Positions 51,015-61,431 are shown, numbered from the stretch's first letter. The stretch: 64,000 nt of DNA from an uncultured Solibacteraceae bacterium (GCA_964500255.1 CAZCPL010000001.1:8567-72566), one strand, 5' to 3'. Numbers and translations are program-made. Notes: generated by a model not told the origin, from the letters alone.

Positions 51015-51770
51015 CTATTGGAACTCCAGCCGATCCATCGCCAGGAATTCTTTGATGTGCGGATGCTCGCTTTCGAGCAACCCGACTAAAGGACCAAAAT
51101 AGATCGCCTCGCCTTTGTGCAGGATCACCACGGCATCCGCCACCTTGCGCATGAGATCCAGATCATGCGTGACTACCACCGAAGTCAGGCGCAGTTGCTT
51201 CTTCAGCCGCAACATCAAATTGCCGAGATGATTGGACATAATGGGATCCACCATCGTGGTCGGCTCGTCGTAAAGAACGCATTCCGGTTGTGCGGCCAGC
51301 GCGCGCGCGATGGCGACGGCGCGCTTGTGTCCTGTGGAAAGATCCGTAGGATAAGCGTCGCGATAGTCGGCTAGATCGACGATCTCCAGCAAGCCGTTGA
51401 CCACGTCCTCTTTGTTCTGTTCGTCGTAATCGTCGCGAAGTTCCAGGCTGAAGAGGATGTTCTCGGAAACGGTCAGCGAATCGAACAGTGCGCCCGACTG
51501 AAAGACCATCGTCACTTTCTTGCGAATCTTGCGCAACTCGGCTTCGTCGGCGTTGGTTATGTCGGTATGGGCGACGATGATCTGCCCTTGATCCGGCTTG
51601 AGGAACCCCATGATGTGCCCGAGGCTAACCGACTTGCCCACTCCAGACCGCCCGATGATGGCAAGAGTCTGCCCGGCGTTTAAGTAGAAGCTTACATCGG
51701 CCAAAACCGGTCTATCGAACGTCTTATAGACGTGGCGGAATTCGAGGTAGTGCGGGTAGCGTTCCGTCAT
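51015..51770 (-). CDS. ABC transporter ATP-binding protein (MlaF/Mkl-like)
   Basis: GRSGVGKS, VFQSGALFDSLTV, LYDEPT, VVTHD; signature LSTGH. Confidence 0.88.
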   Translation of the reverse strand: MTERYPHYLEFRHVYKTFDRPVLADVSFYLNAGQTLAIIGRSGVGKSVSLGHIMGFLKPDQGQIIVAHTDITNADEAELRKIRKKVTMVFQSGALFDSLTVSENILFSLELRDDYDEQNKEDVVNGLLEIVDLADYRDAYPTDLSTGHKRAVAIARALAAQPECVLYDEPTTMVDPIMSNHLGNLMLRLKKQLRLTSVVVTHDLDLMRKVADAVVILHKGEAIYFGPLVGLLESEHPHIKEFLAMDRLEFQ

Positions 51771-52300
51771 GCAGTGAGCCAATCTTCGGGAGTATTCCTA
51801 TTTTCAAGCATTTGCGGATCATTCGGGACAACTTCGCGGGCACCGAGTGCCTCGGCGATGGCGGTGACGCGCAAACTGTTGGCCCGCAGCGCAGCCTCGA
51901 TCGCTGGAAGGCAATCACGATGGTAAACACCGCACAACGGTTGACCTTGCGCGATCACGCAGGCCCCGGGTGTGGCGATTAGCAGGCGCAGAAAGTCGGT
52001 AGTGAGATGCGGCAAATCCACGGGTGCGACCAGGATGCGTGCGCACGAGGTTTGCTGCAAGGCGGTAAAGAGACCCGCGAGGGGTCCGCTGTCTGGCCTC
52101 GAGTCTTCGAGAATGGGGAATCCGAAATGGGCGTAACGATTCGCAGGTCCGAGGATGGTGACGTTGCCGGCGGCCTCGCGTACGATGGCGGCGGTACGGC
52201 TCAGCATGGTTTCACCCGATGGATGAAGGAGCAGCGCCTTGTCGCGGCCGCCCATGCGGCGGCTGAATCCACCGGCCAGGACAAAGCCTCCGATCAGCAT
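51767..52300 (-). CDS. mobA: Molybdenum cofactor guanylyltransferase
   Basis: LAGGFSRRMGGRDKA, GPLAG, VDLP, QPLCGVY, NRNTPED. Confidence 0.88.
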   Translation of the reverse strand: MLIGGFVLAGGFSRRMGGRDKALLLHPSGETMLSRTAAIVREAAGNVTILGPANRYAHFGFPILEDSRPDSGPLAGLFTALQQTSCARILVAPVDLPHLTTDFLRLLIATPGACVIAQGQPLCGVYHRDCLPAIEAALRANSLRVTAIAEALGAREVVPNDPQMLENRNTPEDWLTA

Positions 52301-52345
52301 GAGAAGATGGTAGCAAGGCCTGTGGAAAATCGCGATTGGAATCGA

Positions 52346-53104
52346 ATGGGATCCGGGGTATACTCGAATCGAAACAATTTGTTTCTGAACTGTTTGCTGT
52401 TGGCGTTGGCGCTCACAATGACTGTTTCTGCCGAAGCGACGAACAAACGGACGGTCTCGACGGTGCGTGCGGACTATCGCACGGGGCGTCTGATCCGTAC
52501 GACGGTTGTTGTGGAACCCAAAGTTGTCGAAGTGAAGGTGATCTCACCGGTTGAAGTGGGCACGCCAAAGGCCGATGGCCCGATCAGCGAGTTGGTGGAA
52601 GCCGCTGCGCAAAGGCATGGCGTGGATCCAATGCTGGTGCACTCGGTGATCAAGGCCGAAAGCAACTACAATCCGTCAGCGGTGTCGATTGCCGGAGCCC
52701 GTGGACTAATGCAACTGATGCCGGCTACGGCTCGCCAGTTGGGCGTCAACAATTCGTTCAACCCCAAAGAGAACATCGAAGGCGGCGTGAAGTATCTGAA
52801 GTATTTGCAGGAAAAGTTCCATGATCCCGCGCTGGCCCTGGCGGCTTACAACGCGGGGGAAGGCGCGGTTGCCAAGTACAACAACTCGATTCCGCCGTAT
52901 CGGGAAACCCAGGATTACGTGGTGAAAGTGGCGCGCAACTACCGCGCAGCGAAAGCCGCCGAGGTCCGGCAGAAGATGACAGCGGCTGCGATCACCCCCA
53001 AACCAGTCGTCACCGCGGAACCGGAATTGCCGAAAGCGCCGGAGTACCGCAAGTTGCAAGCTTATTATGACGCCGACGGAAGGCTCTTTTTGCGGACCCA
53101 ATAA
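52346..53104 (+). CDS. Lytic transglycosylase (SLT domain)
   Basis: AESNYNP..S..GARGLMQLMP, ALAAYNAG, ETQDYV. Start codon uncertain. Confidence 0.88.
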   Translation: MGSGVYSNRNNLFLNCLLLALALTMTVSAEATNKRTVSTVRADYRTGRLIRTTVVVEPKVVEVKVISPVEVGTPKADGPISELVEAAAQRHGVDPMLVHSVIKAESNYNPSAVSIAGARGLMQLMPATARQLGVNNSFNPKENIEGGVKYLKYLQEKFHDPALALAAYNAGEGAVAKYNNSIPPYRETQDYVVKVARNYRAAKAAEVRQKMTAAAITPKPVVTAEPELPKAPEYRKLQAYYDADGRLFLRTQ

Positions 53105-53107
53105 TCT

Positions 53108-54634
53108 ATGCCCCTGCGCGTTCCCGCCATCGCTCTTTGGCTGTCCGTTGCGGCATTTGCCGCGGCGGATTCGCGCCAACTCACGCGCATCCAATTCTGG
53201 TCACTCGGAACGGCGACCCGCATCGCGGTGGAATTCAGCGGCGAGTTCCAATACAAGGCAGGTAGACTCGAAAAGCCCGACCGCATCTTCTTCGATGTCG
53301 GAAACGCAACGTTCGCACTCGACGGCAGAACTCGTGGATTGCATTCCGTAGTGGTAGGCGACAAATTGGTGAAACAGATTCGCGTGGCGAATCCGATGTC
53401 GGCGACCATGACTCGCGTGGTGGTCGATCTTGAGTCCGAAGGACTGCTGTATACGACCTCGGAACTAAAGAATCCGAACCGGCTAATGATTGAAGTTTAC
53501 CCGGCAGGCAAGGCTCCCGCGCCGGGCGATGTTCCGAGCACATCGGGCGATGTTTCCGTCGTGCGGACTGCTGCACCGCCGGTGGCTGAAGCGCCCGCGC
53601 CGCCGGTGGTTTTAACGAAGTACCCCCCCGAACCAGTGGTGGAAATTCACTCCATCGTCGCCACCAACTCCAGGATAGCGTTGCCTGCCCGCGCGAACTA
53701 TGGCGGCGATCGCAGCCTCACACGCGCCCTCGGACTCAAGCTCAAGCGCATTGTCCTCGATCCCGGCCACGGAGGTTTTGACGACGGTACCACCGGCTAC
53801 GGTGGACTCAAAGAGAAAGACCTGGTGCTCGACATTTCACGGCGTCTTGGCGCTCTGTTGCACGAGCGGCTTCCGGAAACCGAAGTCATCCATACGCGCG
53901 TCAAAGACGAATTCGTTTCGCTGGAACGGCGCACGGAGATTGCCAACGAACACCATGCCGATCTATTTCTATCGATCCATGCGAACTCATCGACGGTGCG
54001 TTCGGTAACCGGTGTGGAGACCTATTATCTGAGCGTCAGCGGAACCAAAGCGGCGCTGGAAGTAGCTGCGCGTGAAAACGCCACGGCACAAAAATCGATC
54101 GCGGATTTGAGCGGCATGGTGCAGCGGATTGCTCTGAATGACCGGCTTCGAGAGTCGGTGGAGTTCGCCGGGTGCGTCCAGTATGCACTGGTGACAGGCA
54201 CCGGGGTTCCCGGTGCGCGCGCGCGGAACCGGGGCGTGCGGCGTGCGCCATTTATCGTATTGATCGGCGCGAAGATGCCGTCGATTCTGGCGGAAGTCGG
54301 GTTCCTGTCGAATGCGCAAGAAGAAGAGGCGATGCAGCAATCCGACTATCGCGACCGCATTGCGGAAGCCTTATTTGCAGGAGTGGACTCTTACGCGCAG
54401 TCGCTCAGCAAGTATCAGGTCGCGTCGAACGGTTCGACTCCCGCCGTGAGCTACGCCGCAGCCAAGCCTCCGCCGGTTGAGTCTGTGGGTGCGACCGTTC
54501 CTGTTCGAAAGCAGCAGCCCATATCCCGCAGAGCGGCGGTGAGGCCGCCGGTTTTTCCGCCGGTTGCGCCTGAGCTAAAGCGCACCGGCAAGCCTGCGCC
54601 AACACGACGGAGAACCATCAGCGCCGGAAACTGA
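53108..54634 (+). CDS. N-acetylmuramoyl-L-alanine amidase (AMIN plus Amidase_3, AmiC-like)
   Basis: PDRIFFD AMIN domain; LDPGHGG, EK, SIHAN, LAEVGFLSN. Confidence 0.92.
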   Translation: MPLRVPAIALWLSVAAFAAADSRQLTRIQFWSLGTATRIAVEFSGEFQYKAGRLEKPDRIFFDVGNATFALDGRTRGLHSVVVGDKLVKQIRVANPMSATMTRVVVDLESEGLLYTTSELKNPNRLMIEVYPAGKAPAPGDVPSTSGDVSVVRTAAPPVAEAPAPPVVLTKYPPEPVVEIHSIVATNSRIALPARANYGGDRSLTRALGLKLKRIVLDPGHGGFDDGTTGYGGLKEKDLVLDISRRLGALLHERLPETEVIHTRVKDEFVSLERRTEIANEHHADLFLSIHANSSTVRSVTGVETYYLSVSGTKAALEVAARENATAQKSIADLSGMVQRIALNDRLRESVEFAGCVQYALVTGTGVPGARARNRGVRRAPFIVLIGAKMPSILAEVGFLSNAQEEEAMQQSDYRDRIAEALFAGVDSYAQSLSKYQVASNGSTPAVSYAAAKPPPVESVGATVPVRKQQPISRRAAVRPPVFPPVAPELKRTGKPAPTRRRTISAGN

Positions 54635-54714
54635 CTTTCCGCAGGATTCGTGGTACATTATTGGTGGCGGGGGCTTGTTCGCAGGCCGTTCGTAACACCC
54701 GATTTTCCAACCTT

Positions 54715-54803
54715 GGACAGGTGGGTGAGTGGTTAAAGCCAACAGACTGTAAATCTGTCCTTCCTTGCGGAGTACGAAGGTTCGAATCCTTCCCTGTCCA
54801 CCA
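54715..54803 (+). tRNA. tRNA-Tyr(GTA)
   Basis: GGACAGG/CCTGTCC acceptor stem, ACAGA-CTGTAAA-TCTGT, long variable arm, GGTTCGAATCC, CCA. Confidence 0.95.
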
Positions 54804-54818
54804 CCTTTCTTCTTTCAC

Positions 54819-55043
54819 ATGATCCTACGCGTGAAAGTCATTCCCAAAGCCTCAAAAGACGAAGTCGTCGGAACCATGGAAGACGGCACCTGGAAACTGA
54901 AGGTCACCGCCGTTCCGGAAAAGGGCAAGGCCAATGCCGCGGTCTGTGAACTGCTGGCGGCGCACTTCAAGGTTCCGATCACGCGCGCGTCTGTGATCTC
55001 AGGACAGACATCGTCGTTCAAGCACGTGCGTATCCACAAATAG
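54819..55043 (+). CDS. DUF167 (YggU-like) protein
   Basis: VKVIPKA..LKVTAVPEKGKAN..ISGQTSSFK. Confidence 0.88.
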   Translation: MILRVKVIPKASKDEVVGTMEDGTWKLKVTAVPEKGKANAAVCELLAAHFKVPITRASVISGQTSSFKHVRIHK

Positions 55044-55122
55044 GCGGTAAGCGGTGAAACGGAAATCCGCAAAATTCGCTTATTGAGGCATGACCACCGT
55101 CACTAGCCGCATCGCAGCGGCG

Positions 55123-56560
55123 CTACTTTCCACACTTTTTGTTCCTGTGCTTTTGCTTGCCGGCCAGAACAGCGGCAGTCGAGTTGTGGCTTCCGCCGAT
55201 GGTCGCTTCGAGGATGGTGGTCGGCGTGATGGAGCCGGTCACGGTGACCGCCATTGAGGTGCGCGGATTTGGCAACAGCACAATGAAATCCGGGATGTTG
55301 GTGGCGAGGACAAACGATCCGTACGGAAGCACCTGATTGTTCTTCACATTCACGAAGCGTCCGTAGGTGCGCCAGTTGCTGGAGATGTTGTAGTCGAGTC
55401 GGATGAGGTCTTGAATCCGGGGCTGGCTCGACGGTTGTTGTGTCCCGTAGTTGAATCCGACGGTGCCCGTGCGATTCGGCAGCGGATATATTTTGAGGAT
55501 GTTGAGCCCGATGCCGTAAATGCGGTTGGCGGGAATTTTGCCGTCGGGAAAAGGCGAATTGGTCGCGCAATCCCGGATCGCGAAGCGGGTTCCGGCTTGA
55601 TCGACGCTCTGCGAGAATCCGCCGGTGCGTTCGAGTGCTGTGGGCACCGTGACGCGGGTCGGTCCCGTCGGAGGAATGAAGCGCTTCTGATCTTCATGAC
55701 TATAGAAGAAGAAGAGCTTCTGGCGGTCTTTGTTGAAGACGCGGGATGAAGATGGGTCCGCCGATGGTGCCGCCCCAATCTCGCTGATCGAGACGTGGCT
55801 TGTTGATCTTGTTCGTTGCGGTGGAATCGCGATTGTTGAGCCAGGTATTGGCATTCATGCCGTCGTGACGGCGGAAGCCATAGAACGAACCATGAAAGTC
55901 TTTGGTTCCGCCGCGGGTCACGGCGCTGATCTGTGCGTCGGCCGAGCGTCCGTATTCGGCCTGGTAGTTCGAAGTGAGCACCTTGAATTCCGAGACCGAG
56001 TCGAGATTCAGTCTCAGGGGCGTTCCGTTGTTGCCGGTGTCCACGATGGCGACGCCATCGAGAGTGAGATTGTTGGCGCTGCTGCGCAAGCCGTTCGCGA
56101 AAATGTTCGTGATCGCGTCGCTCGATCCGTTGTTGGTATTGAAGATGATTCCGGGCACAATCGAAGCGAGTGGCGTGAACCCGCGTCCGTTCACCGCGAC
56201 GCTGCGCAGGATTTCGCCCTGCAGACCTAGAGAACGTTCCGCGCTTTCCGATTGGATCAGAGTGGCTTCCGCCGTAACGGTGATTGTGCCCGTGGTGGCA
56301 CCTACTTCGAGCGTGAGGTTGCCAAGTGACAGCTTATCGTTCGCAACCAGCAGAACATCGGTCCGCTGGGGCCTTCTTGAAACCCTTTGCTTCGACCGAC
56401 AGCGTATAGGAGGTTGCCGGAGTCAACTGGATTCGTCCTTGATGAATCGGTGGCGCCTGCGACGGCAGCCGCTTGTTGATCGACAACGTTGCCGGTGATC
56501 GAACCACTGGTAGAGACGGGGATTCGCGCACAACGACGTGTTCTCTGGACACCGACGAGG
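55123..56560 (-). pseudogene. Truncated, frameshifted TonB-dependent receptor
   Basis: Fragments GSITGNVVDQQAAAVAGA / SVEAKGFKK / AEYGRS..RGGTKDFHG / VPTALERTG in different frames; the C-terminal barrel is absent. Confidence 0.88.
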
Positions 56561-56746
56561 TGCAGAATGCATGAAAAACTCACTTTCCCGGTCCTTCGAC
56601 CAGCCTGAAACTTAATGAATGCAGTGTATAGATTTTGCCGATGGGTATCAAGGCCCCGATATGAGGCTTACAGCCTGACTCCAAACTGTAATCGAGTAGG
56701 AACTGAAATGTCAAAATTTACGTAGTGAAAAATCTTCGAAGTCAAG

Positions 56747-56776
56747 TTCACAAGTTCGTTGTCGGCTATGTATAAT
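56747..56776 (+). promoter_or_regulatory. Sigma70-like promoter of the TonB receptor gene
   Basis: TTCACA-18 bp-TATAAT in an AT-rich intergenic region. Confidence 0.5.
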
Positions 56777-56833
56777 GACTACAACCTGATGAGTGGGAGT
56801 CCGCTCGCAGGAACTGACAACGTAAGGAAACAT

Positions 56834-59800
56834 ATGAGGTTAGGTCTGACCCTAAGAATTCTGATCGGAGCCATGCTCTGTTGCATGGTCTCACTTGCCC
56901 AAGTCGCCACGGGATCGCTATCCGGTAACGTGCTCGACGCCGCCGCTTCAGCGGTGCCGAATGCGAAGATCGTAGCGAGCAATGCCACAACATCGAGCGT
57001 ATCGGAAACGGTTTCAAGCTCTTCCGGCATTTACCTGTTCCCCGCTTTGCCCCCTGGCACTTACACCGTTACTGTCGAGAAACCAGGTTTCAAAAAGCTT
57101 TCGCGCCAGAACGTCGAGATCCGAGTAGGCCAACGTATCGATATGGACGTGAAGTTGGATGTCGGCGATGTGACGCAGAGCGTCGATGTCACGGCCGATG
57201 TCCCACTACTCGAAACCACAACCAGCGAGCGCGGTTCGACGTTCTCGCCCAAGCTGATGTCCGATCTGCCGCTGTTTGCGGGCGGTATTCGTAATCCCCG
57301 CGCCTTTCTAAGCTACATGCCCGGTGTCACCTCCGGTGGCGGCGAGCAGGTTGTTTCCGGCTCCGGCGGACGCGCGCAGGAAGTGTTGATTGACGGTGCG
57401 AGCACGACCATCCCGGAGTCGGGCGGAACCGTCTTCAATATGCCCTCTGCCGAAATGTTCGGCGAGTTCCGGTTGCTGCAGTCCACCTTCTCTGCTGAAT
57501 ATGGCCGCTTTGGCGGCGGTGTGGAAATCTACACCACCAAGTCTGGCGGAAGCTTGTTCCACGGGTCGGCATTCCTGAACTTGCGCCGCGACATCTGGAA
57601 CGCGAATGCATGGGCGCGCAACGCTCAAGGCAGCCGCGCCGATGGCACAGCGATCGCCCCCCGCGTCAAGGACCGTTTCAATGAAGAAGGTGGAGCGATC
57701 GGAGGCCCCGTTTGGATCCCGAAGGTGTATAACAAAGATCGAAACAAGACCTTCTTCTTCTTCACTTATACCAAAGACATTCGCCCGGTGGCCGTCACCA
57801 ACGCCAGCGCCTTGAGCACGGTTCCCACTGCAGCCATGAAGAGTGGCAACTTCGCTGGCCAAGCCGTCATCTATGACCCGCTGACAACAACTGGCGCTGT
57901 TCGCACCCCGTTTGCCAACAATGCCATTCCAACTGCGCGGTTCTCGAACGTGGTGAAAAACATCCTGCCGCTGATTCCGGATCCGACGCGTCCTACGGTG
58001 GCGCAAAATTACGATTTTGTGAATACGCAGGTGTTCGAGCGCACGATCTGGAGTTTTAAGTTCGATCACAACTTCACCCCGGCCAACCGCCTCGCCTTCT
58101 TCATGAGCAAGGAAAATCAGACCTCGAGCGATCTCCAGTTCTTCAATGGTCCCTTAGGTCAAGGTCTCGACAACTTCCAGTTGCCGTTCAACTATCGCGC
58201 CAACCATGACTGGACCTTGCGTCCGACGTTTCTCATGCATACCACGTTCGGCTTCACAGCCCAACGCCAGTTGTGGAACAATCCCAAGCAAAACGGTTTC
58301 GCCTCGAAGATCGGCATCCCCGGAGTTCCGGCCGATGGCGATGCGTTTCCGCGCATTCAATGGAGCGGACGCGGCGGCTACACTCCTTGGGGCGTGCAAG
58401 ACGGCAAGGTCCGCAATGGCGGCCAGGACAACGACACCTGGATGTTCACCCAAGGCTATTCGTGGTTGAAGGGCAAGCATGAGTTCAAGTTCGGTTGGGA
58501 TTACCGCCGGCTTCGGACGATCGGCTTCGACAACGCGGCGTCCAACGGCCGTTACGTGTTCAGCACCGCTCAAACCGCTTTGCCCACGGCTCTGACCACC
58601 ACTGGTCACGAGTTCGCGAGCTTCCTTCTCGGTGGCGCGGACGTTGCCGATGCGACGATTCTACCCGGGCTTTTCGATCCGATCCGTTACTTCTACGGGG
58701 GCGGCTACTTCCAGGACAACTGGCGCGTGACCCGCAAGCTGACCTTGAACCTCGGCTTCCGCTATGAAGTGCCGATCGGCTGGCATGTCCCGGCCGGCTT
58801 CACCTACTTCAATCCCACGCTGCCCAACACGGCCGCTGGCGGACGTCCCGGTTCGTTGCAGTTTACGGGCACCGGCCCCGGCCGCAGCGGCGTGACCCGC
58901 CCTTATGGCAACGACTACAGTGATGTCGGTCCCCGCCTTGGATTTGCCTATCAGTTGACTTCGAAAACCGTTCTGCGTGGTGGCTGGGGAATCTACTACC
59001 AGACGCTCGGCAACGGTGGCTGCGGCTGCCGCGATGGCTTCGCTAACGGATCCACGCTCTATCAGAGCGATGGCATCAACTCTGCGCGCGGTATCGACCA
59101 GGGCATCGCGCCAGCCCCCGGCTATGCGCCTCCGCCGAACCTCAACCCCAACCAGTTGAACTTCAACAACGCTAGCTTCTTCGCTCCGAGCTTTGGCACC
59201 GCCGGCCGGATCCAGAACTGGAGCATGAACGTTCAGCATGAAGTGAAGGGTGTGCTGATCGACGTCGCCTACCAGGGCAATCGTGGATCGCGCCTCAACT
59301 CTTCGGTTGATCTCAATCAGCTTCCCGTCAGCGCCCTCGCGCTCGGAACGCGGCTCTCTCAGACCCTTGCAGCCACTGGCACAGCGGAACCATTCGCCGG
59401 CTTCGGCACCAACCGCAGCGTCGCCCAGTCAATGCGCCCCTTCCCGCAGTATCTCAGCGTGTTCAGCCGCAATGCCGGTATCGGCAGGACCTGGTATGAC
59501 GCGTTGCAGACCAAGATCGAAAAGCGCTATGGCGGAGTCCTGATCCTGGCAAACCACACCTGGTCGAAGCAGTTGGGCGTGGCCCACTTCCGCCAGATCT
59601 TCACGCAGACCGGTCTCGCCTCACCGCAGGACTACTACAACATCAGCGATTCGAAGAGCTACATGCCCATGGACCAGACGCAGATCCTGAACATCGTTTC
59701 GACGATCGACCTGCCGTTCGGCAAGGGCAAGAAGTATCTGCATTCGAATCGATGGTTAAACAAAGCTGTGGGGGGCTGGACGGTCAGCGCTATTGGTCGT

Positions 59801-60262
59801 TACGCTTCGGGTAACCTGATCCAGATCACCACGCCGGGCAACCCGCTCGGCAACGGCGTGTTGTTCGCGGGCGTGACCAAGGGCGTCCGCACAGGAACAG
59901 AAATTTCGACCGGTGTCGACCGCACCACGCTGGATCCGAACAATCCTAATATCCGCTGGTTCAACGTCGGTTCGCTCGCCGCAACCGCTCCGTTCACCCT
60001 CGGAACTTCGGCCTTCTTCACGGATGCTTTCCGCCAGCCCCCGACGCTCGATGAACGCTTCGGCATTATCAAGCGCACCGCTCTGTGGGAGAACGAAAAG
60101 AACCCCGTCGTGCTCGTTTTGCGTGCCGATGCGTTCAACGCGTTCAACCGCACCGCTTTTGGCGGCGTGGTGGGTACGATCGGAAACGCCAACTTCGGAC
60201 GCCCGACTGGTCCGCAGGTCGGCAGCCGTTTAATCACCATGGGCTTACGTCTGGACTTCTAG
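56834..60262 (+). CDS. TonB-dependent receptor, Oar-like, with carboxypeptidase regulatory-like N-domain
   Basis: ATG 56834 after AAGGA; AEYGRFGGG..KSGG..FHG, QDNWRV..LTLNLGFRYE, C-terminal RLDF. Confidence 0.93.
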   Translation: MRLGLTLRILIGAMLCCMVSLAQVATGSLSGNVLDAAASAVPNAKIVASNATTSSVSETVSSSSGIYLFPALPPGTYTVTVEKPGFKKLSRQNVEIRVGQRIDMDVKLDVGDVTQSVDVTADVPLLETTTSERGSTFSPKLMSDLPLFAGGIRNPRAFLSYMPGVTSGGGEQVVSGSGGRAQEVLIDGASTTIPESGGTVFNMPSAEMFGEFRLLQSTFSAEYGRFGGGVEIYTTKSGGSLFHGSAFLNLRRDIWNANAWARNAQGSRADGTAIAPRVKDRFNEEGGAIGGPVWIPKVYNKDRNKTFFFFTYTKDIRPVAVTNASALSTVPTAAMKSGNFAGQAVIYDPLTTTGAVRTPFANNAIPTARFSNVVKNILPLIPDPTRPTVAQNYDFVNTQVFERTIWSFKFDHNFTPANRLAFFMSKENQTSSDLQFFNGPLGQGLDNFQLPFNYRANHDWTLRPTFLMHTTFGFTAQRQLWNNPKQNGFASKIGIPGVPADGDAFPRIQWSGRGGYTPWGVQDGKVRNGGQDNDTWMFTQGYSWLKGKHEFKFGWDYRRLRTIGFDNAASNGRYVFSTAQTALPTALTTTGHEFASFLLGGADVADATILPGLFDPIRYFYGGGYFQDNWRVTRKLTLNLGFRYEVPIGWHVPAGFTYFNPTLPNTAAGGRPGSLQFTGTGPGRSGVTRPYGNDYSDVGPRLGFAYQLTSKTVLRGGWGIYYQTLGNGGCGCRDGFANGSTLYQSDGINSARGIDQGIAPAPGYAPPPNLNPNQLNFNNASFFAPSFGTAGRIQNWSMNVQHEVKGVLIDVAYQGNRGSRLNSSVDLNQLPVSALALGTRLSQTLAATGTAEPFAGFGTNRSVAQSMRPFPQYLSVFSRNAGIGRTWYDALQTKIEKRYGGVLILANHTWSKQLGVAHFRQIFTQTGLASPQDYYNISDSKSYMPMDQTQILNIVSTIDLPFGKGKKYLHSNRWLNKAVGGWTVSAIGRYASGNLIQITTPGNPLGNGVLFAGVTKGVRTGTEISTGVDRTTLDPNNPNIRWFNVGSLAATAPFTLGTSAFFTDAFRQPPTLDERFGIIKRTALWENEKNPVVLVLRADAFNAFNRTAFGGVVGTIGNANFGRPTGPQVGSRLITMGLRLDF

Positions 60263-60283
60263 TCCTTCTCTGTTCACCTGACA

Positions 60284-60317
60284 AGAACGGGATCCCTTCA
60301 TAGGGGTCCCGTTTTCT
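60284..60317. terminator. Intrinsic terminator, likely bidirectional
   Basis: AACGGGATCCCT-tcat-AGGGGTCCCGTT then TTCT. Confidence 0.8.
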
Positions 60318-60773
60318 ATTTGATCGCCGGCAGATTGACCGGCAGCCCGACCCGCAGGAAATACCTCGCAAATGCCTGCGAAAGATGCTCGCGATAGGGA
60401 GGCAACAGCCGCAGGTGCAACCGTTGCGCGGCGCGTTGCTGAACAAAGTCGTAAGGCAAGGTGAACAGCGCCCGGAAGTCAACGACGTCCACCTCGCGAG
60501 CCAGTTCCTCGATCTCGGAAGGCGCGAGCAGGTGAAAGGCTGGCATCCCGCCCTTGCGAACGATTTCTAGATTCGAGGCATCCGCGAGCTTATGGCTGAG
60601 AGGGATCTGCGAGCGCTGATAGAGTCCGCAAAGCAGGACATCGGGGTTTCCCCGCCCGGGTGCGAGGTCACACTCTGGGTGGTCACAATGACATCCCGAA
60701 GTTGCCGCAGCACTTCTCCAAAACCTTCAGGGCTCAGATTTCTGGGAGGGTGCCAGGGATATTCGGGGATCAC
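60316..60773 (-). pseudogene. Frameshifted conserved hypothetical protein with PemK/MazF-like motif pattern
   Basis: DVIVTTQS, 1-nt frameshift near 60670, then (C)DLAPGRGNPDVLLCGLY..RKGGMPAFHLL..VVDFRALFTLP..LRLLPPYREHLSQAFARYFLRVGLP. Confidence 0.7.
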
Positions 60774-60935
60774 TTACGCAGGGAGCATGGGCTGAGACTC
60801 GGTATCGAGAACCTTGACCTTCACCGATTCGGTCTTATGGTTGATCACGATAGGAGCGACGTCCCAATCGAGGATTTCGTCCCAACAAGCGTGGTCAGCG
60901 ATCGGAAGCATTTGTGTCGCGGAACTGGTGCTCAT
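60774..60935 (-). CDS. 53-aa small protein directly upstream of the MazF-like gene
   Basis: MSTSSATQMLPIADHACWDEILDWDVAPIVINHKTESVKVKVLDTESQPMLPA; its TAA abuts the next GTG. Confidence 0.55.
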   Translation of the reverse strand: MSTSSATQMLPIADHACWDEILDWDVAPIVINHKTESVKVKVLDTESQPMLPA

Positions 60936-60987
60936 TGGCGTAGGTCTCAGTTGCAGAGCAACTTATCGTCCTCTTCCCAGACTTTCC

Positions 60988-61431
60988 TTAGGACTCACTC
61001 ACCAACCAACGCCGCATCTCGTCGCGGGGAGCCAGCCCAGCCTTTTGCAGAACCACCCGCCCGTCCCGAAACACCACAAAGTTCGGAATCGACTGCACCC
61101 GGTAGCGCGATGCCAAGTCCGGATGCGCCTCCGTATCTACCTTCAAAACCAACGCTTTACCGCTCATCTCCGCGGCTAGCTTCTGCACCTCCGGCGCAGC
61201 CATCCGGCAAGGCCCACACCATGCCGCCCAGAAATCCACTAACACCGGCACTTTCGCCGCACCGACAATCTCGTCGAACGCAGCCGCACTTTCCACCTCA
61301 ATCGGCGTCTTGACTGGAACAAGAGTGTCGCCCTTGCAGGACCCGCACCTACCCTTATCGGCCAGATGCGACGCCGGAATACGATTGCGAGCGCCACAGG
61401 CCGGGCAATCAGTCAACTTCGTAAAGCCCAT
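60988..61431 (-). CDS. trxC: Thioredoxin 2 with N-terminal zinc finger
   Basis: CPAC..CGSC and VDFWAAWCGPC, SIP. Confidence 0.9.
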   Translation of the reverse strand: MGFTKLTDCPACGARNRIPASHLADKGRCGSCKGDTLVPVKTPIEVESAAAFDEIVGAAKVPVLVDFWAAWCGPCRMAAPEVQKLAAEMSGKALVLKVDTEAHPDLASRYRVQSIPNFVVFRDGRVVLQKAGLAPRDEMRRWLVSES

